A DNA stretch of 64,000 nt from Octopus sinensis (Eukaryota). Where the stretch lies: assembly GCF_006345805.1 (NCBI RefSeq), contig NC_043000.1:98270001-98334000 (forward strand). Direction: 5' to 3'. Every line of letters starts with the position of its first letter. Position 1 is the first letter of the stretch. The position numbers were made by a program, and so were the translations under genes. Below, piece after piece: positions 1 through 12,099 of the stretch. Under the pieces are notes generated by a model, which saw only the letters and a program-made list of their open reading frames with translations, had not been told where the DNA came from and ran no database searches.

Positions 1-262
1 AAAAATAGGTATAAAAGGGAGAAAGGGCTCTAGCCCTGTTGACCAGGCACCCGTGGCTTTTATGGATTTTTTTTACCACGAGTAACCTTAGAAGTGCCCC
101 CCCCCTATTGGGAGTTTTTACTTGTTATATTATTTTTTCTGTTATCAAATGTTTACATGGACCTTTTTTTTTTGCAAAACCCTTTGTATATCATCTCTGT
201 ATTGTCCTTTCATGTTTTTGATTTATATTAGTCCTTGTGGCCAATAAAAAAGAATTTTTGTA
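1..262 (+). mobile_element. 3' UTR fragment of a Tx1/L1-clade LINE (same family as 22031-24160)
   Basis: Aligns by eye to 23910-24160 (gagaaaggg..ttgaccag..cccgtggcttt..ccacgagtaacctt..attgggagtttttacttgttat..cttgtggccaataaa), followed by (TAG)n. Confidence 0.8.
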
Positions 263-751
263 GTAGTAGTAGATTGGCAGAATCATTTGAGTGTTAGAAG
301 AAAATGATCTGCAATATGTATTTAAGGTGAAGAGCTTGCAGAACCATTAGCCTGCTGGGCAAAATGCTTAGCAGCATTTCATGCAACTTTATGTTCTGAG
401 TTCAAATTCTGCTGAGGTCAACTTTGCCTTTCATCCTTTTAGGGTTGATAAAATAAGTATACCTCGAGTTCTGGGGGGTCAATGTAATTTCCCTTGAAAT
501 TACTGGTTTTGCCCCAAAATTTGAAACCTACATATATATTTCAGTTCTTAATGTTTTGAGTTTGTATCTCAGCAGGGTAAATTTTGCCTTTCATCCTTAC
601 AATGCCGATAAAATGCCAATGAAGTACTTGGTTCAATTTAATCTACTAACCTTTCCTCTTAGATTTTTGGCCTTGTGTCTATGCTAGAAACAGTGATTAT
701 ATATTTTTTAAAGATTTTATGCATTCATATTTGCATAACTTTTTCTTTCAG

Positions 752-915
752 TTTGGCTTCCTGAATTATGAAGTTGAAGATGGCAAAAAGCTATTCTTTC
801 ATATGACTGAAGTCCATGACAGTATTGAGCTGCAACCTGGTGATGAAGTTGAATTTGTAGTTGTGCAGAATCAAAGAAATGCCAAATTTTCAGCTTGTAG
901 TTTGCGTAAAATTAC
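752..915 (+). CDS. CSDE1: CSDE1/Unr penultimate coding exon (last cold-shock domain)
   Basis: ttttctttcag|[54 protein letters not shown]+AC|gtaagt; closely resembles the last CSD of vertebrate CSDE1 ([21 protein letters not shown]..., from memory). Confidence 0.95.
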
Positions 916-1279
916 GTAAGTTGCATTTTTCTCATTTCTTCTTGCTACTTTTGCAGTTTTTACATTCTTGTTTTTTTTTTCTGTTGCTTATACCAGGCCA
1001 GTCTTTATTGAGCAAACTTATGATCAAAGGTGTTCCCACAATGAAAATCCTGTCTCATTGAATATCTGAGGCTACATGTAAAATCCATGTCTCCTTCTTA
1101 AAGACATTAGAGTGTCATTTAAGGTAGATTTGGTCTGTATTTTCAAGCAGGTTGAGCTAACCTTTGCTGGCTTGACAATTTTTCTATTTTTATGTAATGG
1201 GGTATGGTTTGGCAGAATTGGAGTCACAGATTAAATTTCTTAATTTAAATACTACTTTCATTTTTCTGACTTTACTTTG

Positions 1280-4060
1280 GCCTATGCCCCTCAGCCGGGG
1301 CTATCTGATGAACAGAAGGACTGATTTTATGACACCCTTTTGAAGACTACCTCGTCGATGAATGACAGGGACCTTCTCTTTGTGGTTGATGACTTTAATG
1401 GGCATGTTGGACAACATGCAAGGGGCTTCCATGGCATACATGGAGGCTATGGTTTTGGTTCCCGCAATGAGGGGGGAACCAGGCTGCTGGAGTTCTGCAA
1501 TACAAATGATCTTATGGTTTGTAATACCAATTTCAGGAAATTTACTAGCCACCTATTCACTTTCCGATCTGGTGGACACACTAGTTAAATTGATTATATC
1601 CTCACCAGGAAATAAGAAAGATGGCTATTTGTAAATGCCAGAACTTTCCCAGGTAAAGAATGCACCCCACAACATAGATTTGTAGTTAGTGACTTCAAGA
1701 TCAGCGCTAAATGGATGCCCAGAAGATGGCCAGCATGGAAAAGAAGGGTCTGGAAGCTTAAATGGACAGAAATTTAGAGACATATTATTTGAGCTTTTGA
1801 CAAAATAGAGGGGGATATAACATCACACAATGTGGAAGACAACTGGAGGTTTCTACGGGACAACCTGTTGAGGGTTACTGACCAAATCTGTGAATGGTGC
1901 AATGTCCCTTCTCGACCTAAGGTGGTGGAACAGTGTAGTTGACAGGGCCATTTGGGAAAAGAAACAGGCATGGAAGGATTGGTGGTAGCAGGGAATTGTC
2001 TCAGATGCAAAACGGGAAGCTAGGAGACAGGTTTACTTAGCCAGAGGGGAAGCAGATAAGAAAATACTTGCCAATGTTCTGCATCGTGAGGACCAATGAC
2101 TTGCAGTGTTTCATGTTGCAAAACTGTGTGAGAGGGAGTCATGATGTCATAGGAGAGAAATGTGTCCTCATGGATGATGGCTCACTTGCATTTAATGAGG
2201 CTGAAAGGAAAGAGACTTGGAGATGCCACTATGAAAGGTTAAATGAAGAGAATGAATGTTGACCCAACAGAGAGACTAGCTATCCGAATTGATAGTATCT
2301 TGGTAGATAAAGCAATTAAGGGTATGAAGACGGAAAGCCCCCAGCCCATCAGGAATCACCACAGAGATGCTTAAAATATCTGGCAGTGTCGACTATAGTC
2401 ACCTGTATAGTCAATCAGGTGATACATGAATGATTCTTATCCAGTGACTGGTATAGCAGTACCATAGTTAACTGCTACAAAGGTAAAGGTGATGCATTAG
2501 ATACAAATAATTACAATGGTATCAAGTTGTTGGATCAGGTAATGAAAGTCAGGGAGAGGGTCATAGCTCAACTAATTAGAGAGAGAGAGTCACTCTAGAT
2601 GAGATGCAGTTTGGGTTTGTACCAGGGAAAAGCACCACTGATGCTGTATTTCTGGTAAGACAGCTGCAGGAGAAATACCTAGCCAAAGATAAACCTCTAT
2701 ACCTGGCTTTCGTTAGGGTTCCCCGATCTCTTATCTGGTGGTCAATGTGGAAACTAGGGATAGATGAGTAGGTAGTGAGAGCTGTACAAACCATATACAG
2801 GGATGCTGCCAGTAAGGTGAGGTTTAGCAACCAGTACAGTGAAGAATTCTGGGTAGGGTAGGGGTCCACCAAGGTTGGATTAGTCCTCAGCCTCCTCTTA
2901 TTCATCATAGTCCTCAAGGCAATAACAGAGGAATTCAAGACAGGATGCCGCTGGGAGCTACTCTATACTGATGACCTTGCTCTAATAGCTGAATCACTAT
3001 CAAAACTAGAGGAGAAGTTTCAGGTGTGAAAGCAAGGGCTAGAATCGAAGGGCCATAGAGTCAATCTAGCAGAAACCAAAGTCTTGATAAGTAGGAAGGC
3101 AGACAAATCACAAATTCCTTCAGGTAGATGGCCCTGCTCAATCTGTAGAAAAGGCATAAGTAGAAACTCCATAAGATGTACCCGGTGTAAGTGATGGACA
3201 CACAAGAGGTGCAGCAATATCAAAGGAAGGCTAATTGGGAAGATAGTTTTCGTGTGGCAAATGCCCAGGGGCAATAAACACTGAAAATGTGCAGAAAACA
3301 GCTTCTGTTACATTCCAGGGGAAAAAACTACTAGTAGTTAATAGCTTTCGTTACTTTGGTGACCAAGTCAGTAGCAGGGATGTTCGCTCTTAGAGTGTAG
3401 CTGCTAGAATAAGATAAGCCTGGGCAAAGTTCAGAGAGCTCCTAACTCTGCTGGTGACAAAGGGCCTCTCACTCAGAGTAAAAGGTAGACTGTATGACGC
3501 ATGTGTGGGAAAAGCCATGCTACATCGCAGTGAAACATGGGCCGTGACTGCTGAGGACATGCGTAAGCTTGCAAGGAATGAAGTTAGTATGCTCTGCTAG
3601 ATGTGTAATGTCAGTGTACATACATAACAGAGTGTAAACGCTCTGAGAAAAATGTTGGGCATAAGTATCAGATTTGGTGTGCAGTAGAGACAACTGTGCT
3701 GGTACGGTCATGTGTTGCATATGGATGAGGACACTGTGAAAACGTGTCACACCATAGCAGTAGAAGGAACCTGTGGAAGAGGTAAACCCAGGAAGATCTG
3801 GGATGAGGTGGTGAAGCACAACCTTCAAACATTGGGCCTCACCGAGCCGATGACAAGTGACCGAGACCTTTGGAGATATGCTGTGCTTTTGGCCATGACT
3901 AGCTATGGTAAAAAATATCCATGACAACATGCAGTGGGATTGAGTTTAGAAATATGTGTTTATGAAGGCAACAAGAAGGACATCGGGCTGTAGAAAATTG
4001 GTCTCAAATAGACTTTGTCAAACCCATGCAAGTATGGAAAAGTATTGAATTGAAGATATT
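1280..4060 (+). mobile_element. Decayed 5'-truncated RTE-clade LINE in the CSDE1 last intron
   Basis: APE endonuclease motifs (AYAPQ, DFNGHVG, VCNTNFRK, IDYIL), RT motifs (QFGFVPGKSTTDA, LYTDDL), RGKPRKIWDEVV C-terminus, tail acccatgcaagtatggaaa; many stops and frameshifts. Confidence 0.9.
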
Positions 4061-4103
4061 GTTGTAACTCATCTCAGAATATGTTATACACCATGTTATT
4101 TAA

Positions 4104-4629
4104 CCCTTTAGCATTTAAACAGGCCATATCTGGCCCAAATAGGCTACCTGTTTTATGTTCTAACCTAGGGGTTCTCATTTTTACCTATGGGCCCATTTGA
4201 TTCCTGTTTTACTTGGGTGGACCCCCATAACCATTCAATGTTTAAAAAATCCTATTATTTTTATAATTGAATATTATTAGGACTTGTATTAAAATTGTTA
4301 AACTAGTTTGTGTCTTGTGGATGTATAACCAATTTATTGCACATAAACTTTACTGGTCTAAAGCACAATTTTTTTATGGCCCCTGAAAATTTATTGTGGA
4401 CCCCCAATTTACTATATTGCAATTGTGGACCTCCAAAAATCTTATATGGACCCTGGTTGAGAACCTCTGTTCTAACCAGCTAAATCCAGTCTATAGCACC
4501 TGCCCTTCAATGCCACTATAAAATATACAATCTCATCAAAATTTTGAAGCAACACAATAAGGCATGATTAATTAAAAGCACTGAATGAAAAAGCATTACA
4601 TTTGACAGAATAATCTGAATGCTAAAGGG
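4104..4629. mobile_element. piggyBac-type MITE
   Basis: TTAA|CCCTTTAGCATT ... AATGCTAAAGGG|TTAA: 12-bp TIRs flanked by TTAA on both sides. Confidence 0.8.
4165..4468. mobile_element. hAT-type MITE nested in the piggyBac MITE
   Basis: Imperfect TIRs aggggttctca / tgagaacctct; 8-bp TSD GTTCTAAC at 4157-4164 and 4469-4476. Confidence 0.7.
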
Positions 4630-4784
4630 TTAAAGAGTAGGTATTTTTCATATTTATTGCTTATGTTCATGTTTTTTTTTTTTGTTGTTGCTTTCTTCTG
4701 TTCAGAATCTCTGGAATATTAAATGAAATTTTGTTTGCCGTTTGGTGTATGCTAGTAATTTAGAAATTATTTTCTTTTATTTAG

Positions 4785-4935
4785 TGATACACGACGCCCA
4801 GATCGCCTCTTAAATCGACTAAAGAGTTTTACTGAAGAGACCGGCCCTCGTATTATTCTAATTCGAGCACCAAAAGGTCCAGACGGCACGAAAGGTTTTG
4901 CCCATGCCCGGACAGCTGTAAAAATACTAGAATAA
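4785..4935 (+). CDS. CSDE1: CSDE1/Unr terminal coding exon (SUZ-C domain)
   Basis: tttcttttatttag|T+DTRRPDRLLNRLKSFTEETGPRIILIRAPKGPDGTKGFAHARTAVKILE-TAA-TAG; phase matches the upstream exon (AC+T=Thr); RPDRL.NRLK and R.P.GPD..GF are SUZ-C hallmarks. Confidence 0.95.
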
Positions 4936-7900
4936 TAGTCTTATGACCACAGCTTGCTGTTCTTTAGATTTCTCTCAATGTTTGTTTTTCTTCTCTCTCA
5001 CTCACACTCTACAACTGCTCATTCTAATGTAGAAGCTTCCATTCTGAAGTTCCAGCTATATATCTACCTTTCTTCATATATATAAATACATACATATATA
5101 CATATATCTATAAATACACACACACACACACACATATGCATCCACACATACACACATCTATATATATGAAGCAATGGAGATTCATCTGAAGATATAATTG
5201 GTTATTTACTAACCACTCTCCTAATACATACAGATTTGCCTTTTTTTTTTAACATTCTCATATTTAGAACTACCTATAAAACATTTATTTATTTGGTTGA
5301 ACTGTACAGTGTTCCAAGATACGTTTATTTGCTTTACTGAATATTGAACTTTGGAAGTTTACGGTTCATATCCTTTTTTTTTCTTCTTTATTTCTCTACA
5401 GAAAAAGTAAAAAATAAAAAAAAAAATTCATTTGAATATTTATTTATCTATTTCCTTCTTAAGAAGAAAAAAAAAAACAAACAATAAAACAAATTTCAAC
5501 TCTTATCAATTAAGAAAATAAGAAAAATAAATAAAAATTGTAACAACTATTTGTAAAGATCTTTTTGATTCACTTGAACATGCTGGAATTTCAGAAGTTA
5601 TCTATTCCATCTTTACATACATGTATCAATACATATATACATAAATATGTATATGTGTGAGTGCACACACACACATACACACATACTTGTGCTTGTGTAC
5701 ACACATACATATTTTCCTCAAACATTCGTAATATTAACACATACTCACTCACACAAACACTCATTTTTCTCTCTCCCCTCTGACACATACAGAAACACAT
5801 AATTACTTACACAAATTCTCCCTTTTTCCTTCCTTCTCTCTCATAAGCTACTTTCATTCCTCTCTTTCTCACACTATTCACACTTGTGCATGAGTACAGT
5901 CTCACGCTTTCTCTCTTTCCCTTCCTCAATTTAGTTTATAAGTTATGTTTAAATATATATTGTTTTTTTTTTCTGCCAAATCTCTGTTTGTCTCTCTCTC
6001 TCTACTATTCTTTTCAGTCTCTTCTCTCTTTCTGTTTTTGATTTTCGTCTGTCTGACTATGTATTTTTCTGCCTTGGTGTGACATTCCCCTTGCTAGAGA
6101 CAGTTAACTGTTTGTGCGTCATGATTATTCTTCAACTATGGTCTTCCATAACATAACATGGAAGTTGTAGCTTTAAGCATTACTATTCTCTCCATCCTGC
6201 TCTTCCGCACCATCCTAATTTAATTTTTTTTAACTCCCCACTACATTCCCCTAAAAAAGAAAGAAAATTTTAAAAAGCCAAAAAAAATTGAAAAAACTTC
6301 AAAAAATTGAAAAAAAGATGAAAAATCCCGTAAAAATTTTCTTAAAAAAAACCTAAAAGGAATAAAGAAATAAAAAAAATTCCCTTTCATTTTCACCCCT
6401 CCTCTCATGAATGCTTTCAAAATGATTTAAAAAAATATATTTTTTTTAAAATTAGTCAATGCCTTGATATTATGGATTGTTAAGCATCAATAGTTCTGTA
6501 AGATTAGAGCTAAATTAATTAATCTAACTATAAAATTTGTATCCTACTTTGCTGTCAGTCGAGGCTGAGCAATGTCCTTGTATATCCTCAAGTGTTAGCT
6601 TCAGTGTCAGCTTTTTTCTTTTCAGACAAAGCATCCTTTGCCTGAACAAAGTGTTTTGTGACACTAGTTTTAACTTCATACAGATTGAGACAACTTTATT
6701 CTTTCATCTTATAAGTTTTGATTACTGGCTTAATTATTTAATTAAACTGCAGAGTTTCATATATCAGTGATGACCACCTCTGACTGATTATCAGGTGAAA
6801 TTCATTGGCCTAGTTGCATGCTGTTTAATGATCTTATTAACCAGTTTTGGCTGACTGTTTTCTAATTGACCTTATAGCAAATTTATTGGTTTATACCTAA
6901 GTAAAATATTTGTCTCTGGCTGACCAGTTTCAATTGATATATAATGAAAAATTTATTGGCCTAGTTGACTGGTATTTGATATGATCAACCAACCAGTTCT
7001 GGCTATTTAGTTCTTTCTAACTGATCACAATTAGCAAAACTGTCATTGGCCTGTTCCAGTGACATTTGACTTCATCATAACATTTGTCAACGTCCATTTT
7101 TAAAATGTTTTTCATTGAGGGTTAGCTATAAGAAGTGAGCCATGTTGTAAACTTCACTTCCATATTATATAGAATAATGTAAAAGCTCTCTCTTATGTTT
7201 TCTTAGTGATTCGGCTGGCATTATGAATTTCTAGAGCCTTCTTAGCATCACCATTAGATTAACTTCTTCCTACAAAAATATAAATTAATGATTTTTAAAG
7301 TTTCAGATTTTAATCTGGTGTTTCTGATTAATGAATTTATTAGTCCAAATGAAAACCTGATTGAACAACACTTTCCTCTCTGTTTCTCTTTCTATCTGTC
7401 TATTTTTTTCTTTATAGATATTTCTTTTGCTTGATATATTGATTTTTGCAAAAGAAATATTTTTTTATCTGTGCTATTGACAATTGATTCTTTCTGTTTT
7501 TCGTTCAAAACAAACTTTGAAAAAATGAAATTAAAAGTGAAAAAAAAATTTTAAAAGTCAAAACTAATTGAAAAAAAAAAAGAGAATTCCATAAAAAAAC
7601 CCCTTCAAAAAGAGAACTGTAAAAAAAAAAAAAAAGGAACTCCCCAAGAACACCCCTTTCTCATACAAACAAAAAAAACAAGAAAAATAACCCTACAAAC
7701 CCCACCCACCTTCAAAAATACAACAAAAAAAACCAAAGCATAACTCTTGTAATTCTTACTAAAACTTTTGTGCTACTCAAAAAAAAAAGTAAAAAATAAA
7801 CAATAAAAAAAATTTTTAAATACTCTACTGCTGACAAATATCATCTCTTCCCTGTTTTCTTGACAATTTCTTTTTTGAAAAAAAAAACAACAAAAACATT

Positions 7901-8633
7901 TTTTAAAATCATTTATTAAGTTCTTGTTTTTCTGCAATATTCTTCGGCAAAAAAGAAAAAAATATATGATAAAAAAAAAATAAATGGGAAACAAATGCTG
8001 CAGTCAATTGAGTTGCTGAGGAGTGGAAATACTAACTAACTGGTTAATAGTTCTTCATTCTATCTCCTTATCATGGTGATTGTGGAGTATCCTATCCACA
8101 GCTATAGACCATGGTACACGTAGCTTTTTGTTGGTGACTGCGATGTGTGTACATTGTAAACTTTCAGCGGCTCATTATATCTATCTATATGTAAAAGAAG
8201 TACCACTACAGTATGGCGCTGGTGTATGTGTGAGCCATACTTCTCTCATTTCCATAAACATTTTGAGAAACACTGAAATTGCAGAGACTTTTGTTAGCTT
8301 ACTGTGCTCAGTTCTCAAAACCTGTGAATATATACACACATGTATATATATATATATGTATGTATTTATTATTCTTTAATGAGAATAGTACTGATAGTAA
8401 CTTTGAAGTTTCAGTGAGTTAAGCCATCATCCGAAGCTGGTTGAAACTTCTTGCTAAAGATTGATAAAGTTGTACTCTACCCAATAATGTATTGAGTAAT
8501 CTTTCAGTTTTATGTAAAATTGTTTTTATTATAACATAAAAACAATTTTACATTAAATTGAAGGATTACTCTGATGATGGCTTAGTAGGATGTAACTTTG
8601 AAGTCACTGTCAATACTATTCTTGTTAAGGAAT

Positions 8634-8667
<34 letters not shown>

Positions 8668-9750
8668 ATATATATATATGGGAGAGAGATGGGCTTGCTA
8701 AGGTGACTTGCCTGCTCTGATATACAGCATGAAGATAAAGTCTTCAGGTAATTCATCCATAATTCAAGTGGGTTATGGATCACATTTTCTGTAATGAAAA
8801 AACTTGAGTAAAAAAACCAAAAAAAAAACCAAGATACACGACAACTAAAAGTAAAAATTGAACAAAACAAAGAAAAGATATGATGAAGTATGAAAATTGA
8901 CCCTTGTAAATTTAGAAAACTCTTTTGTATGTGATGTCCAGCTTTTGTTTTTGGTGGGTATAGTGTGAGTGAGTTGGACAGTTTCTTCATTTTAGGTGTG
9001 TTGTTGGCACCATGCTTCTTTTGGTGTTCTCTCTAAATGTCTTCAGGTAGTATTCCTGAGCTGGTCTATAGATGGAAGCTGGAATAGCTTATTTTACTGA
9101 CTTTGTTCTAGTTGTTTCTAACAATTACAGGCCTAAGAAGAAAGGATCGTTGCTTTGTTCCTTAGTCTACATAGTCTGGGAATACCACTTGAAGATAGAC
9201 TGGAGAGAATACTGAATGAAATGTTTGAGCAACATATCAAAAGATGGAGCAAAGTAGTTCCAAAAAATATAAAAAAGAAACAATGACAGCCATCACATAA
9301 AAAAAAACAAATGAACAAAAACACCAAAAACCTAACAAAAAACAAAAAAAAACTCATTTCATAATAAAAATATATTGACTTTCTTTTGTATGTTATTTTG
9401 AAGTGTTTGCTGATTTGATTAGAGTAACATGAAAACATTTTACAAACTTTCCTCAATTTTCTTGTCTCAGATGCTTCGCTTCACTAACTGATATGCCCAC
9501 CCTAAGACCTTCCTTCCATGAATGTCCCCAACAATCGCTCATTCTTTGGGCCTCATTGCTGAATTTCTTTTTCTATTCTGAATTTTTGTATTTATCTTTT
9601 ATTTATTTTTTAGATTTATTGTTATAATTATTATTATTATTATTTTTTTCTTCTTCTTACTCTTGATATTTACTTTAAGTTGAGCATATTCTGTAAAATG
9701 ATTTACAAATTATTTTTTTCACAAAAAGTATTTCCAGTTTTGTACAAGAA

Positions 9751-9800
<50 letters not shown>

Positions 9801-10280
9801 TGCACACAGTGTATTGTTTGGTTGTAATGAATGGTATGAAATGAACTTAATACAAGAATGTGGAGATGTGTGTATGACGGCTGCTTTGCAGTTCTGTAGC
9901 TCCAGGTTTGCTCCAGCTGTGCAGAACCTTGGGCAAGTCTCAACCTGTACCATGGTTTCTAGTAAAGGGTGGAACAGTCACATCCTTGTGATAGAAATTT
10001 GGTTGACAGGAGTGTGTGGAAGCTTGTTAGACGTGTGTGTCTGTGCGTTTGTAATAAATGGAATGATGCAATCTGTGTAAAAACAAAAATACCTTGTGTT
10101 ATTTAGTTCCACCCTGATCACATCACTTTAAATTCAGGTTGGTTTTGTTGTTTGCCCATACAAGGTTGATAAAATAAATAGCTAATAAAGTATTGGGGTT
10201 GATATAATTGCCTGAAACCCTACAGGCAGTACCCTAACACGGCCACAGTCCAATGACTGAAAACTGTGTGTATGTACGTA

Positions 10281-10326
<46 letters not shown>

Positions 10327-11100
10327 GTCCCTATTCAATTTTAAATTTGTATAACTTTGGTTATAAATCTGATATTTGACATTCATGACTCTGAAGATGA
10401 CCATATTAAGCAGCTCTATTTTTCTTAGCTGCCAAGATGGCTTATTCGGCCAATATTAACATAAAATCCTGAGTTTAAAGGGACATGAAATAGCAGAATC
10501 AGGACCCAGTGGGGCTCTTGCTTTCTGTGCAGTCATCTTCTCTACTATCTCTGTGTGTGTATACACACATACACATGCATATATATCAGTGGAAGAAGTT
10601 ATTACAGTTTCAGTTAAATTTTTCAAGATTTTAAAATTTTAGTGTACGCTCTCAGGTATACAAACTGATTTGATTCTGATGTTCTAGAAATAAGTTTGTA
10701 GCTGATTTTTCAACTATATTCTGAATTACACTAGTTATTATTTTAGAACTTGGGTTGTGAAAACTAATCTTTACACGTCCTTATAAAATAATGTCAAAAA
10801 AAAAAATGTTTTTAAATTTCTTGATGACAATAAGATACATCAAACTTCTTTGTGTTCTTTACAATTTAATTCTATCATATATAGAATTAATGTTATTAAA
10901 AAATTTATAATTGCATGAGGACTTCATTGTGATCCTGTATGTGTTGTTTTCATTTATTTTGAGGTATAAAGAAAAAAAGAAAGGCAAATGTTCAATACAT
11001 TCTTTGTATTATAAGTGTGATGATTCTGATATATGTTTGTCATACGAAAGGTAAATAGGATTTTATGCTTGGTTCTTTGAAGAACATTTTTGTTTTTCTC
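4936..11100 (+). other. CSDE1: Probable long CSDE1 3' UTR / downstream region
   Basis: Nearly TE-free, rich in A/T tracts, several AATAAA; true poly(A) site cannot be determined from sequence. Confidence 0.35.
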
Positions 11101-11239
11101 TTTCAACCCGAGTTGCTGACGTGTATAGTGGGTCAATTAAATGACTGATTGAATGAAACCTTATGTCCAGATAACATATAATTCCTGTTTACTTTAAACG
11201 TGACTAGCATATATACATATGTAAATAGTAACATACATA

Positions 11240-11294
<55 letters not shown>

Positions 11295-12099
11295 ATGTGT
11301 GTATGTATGTATATGTATACACATGCACACACAAATATCTGATATGTGTCTATATCCAGTTATGGGCAACGTATGGCCTGTGGAATTTTCTGAATGGCAT
11401 GCCTAATGAAAAAATTATCAATTTTTGATTGGTGCGACCTGCCTGATGATGAACAATGTCTCATGTGGCCTACTTTTTTTGGAAAAGGATTGTCCATCCC
11501 TTGTATATGCACATGCAAGAATGTGAAAGTGATTGTGTGTATGCATTAGTGTTTCTGTCTTTCTGTATAAAATTAACCCAAATCACCTCTGGAAGGGAGG
11601 GAGTAAACAACTTTATGATTTCATGATTATATAAAACAAAATTGAAAATTTATACTGCTGTGAATTTTTATTTTTTATTTTATTTTGTTACATTTTAATT
11701 TTTTCTCTATTTTATATTTAAAATGACATACTAATGATATACAACCAAGAAAAATCTTGTGACTCCTTTAAAAGAATTATTAGGCTGACATCTGATTTCT
11801 TCCACTTCATGAATAGCTGCTTGAATTTTTAGGTACTTTGATAAAGGAAGCCAAAATGAAAGATAGTCTTTGATCTTTTGTTATTTCTCTCTCTCGCGCA
11901 AAAATCATACTGTAATAAAAATACAACTTTATCTCTTGGATTAAAATAGAAGACTTAAGCGCATAGTTAGATAAAAACTCCAATCTGGTTTGCATTTCAG
12001 TTTCTGACAGCGCTATTATTTCATTGTTCTCTGCTTCTATTTCAAATTCATAGGCTTGTGCCTATGAAAGAAATTCAATAGTATTTTTATTCATTAATT

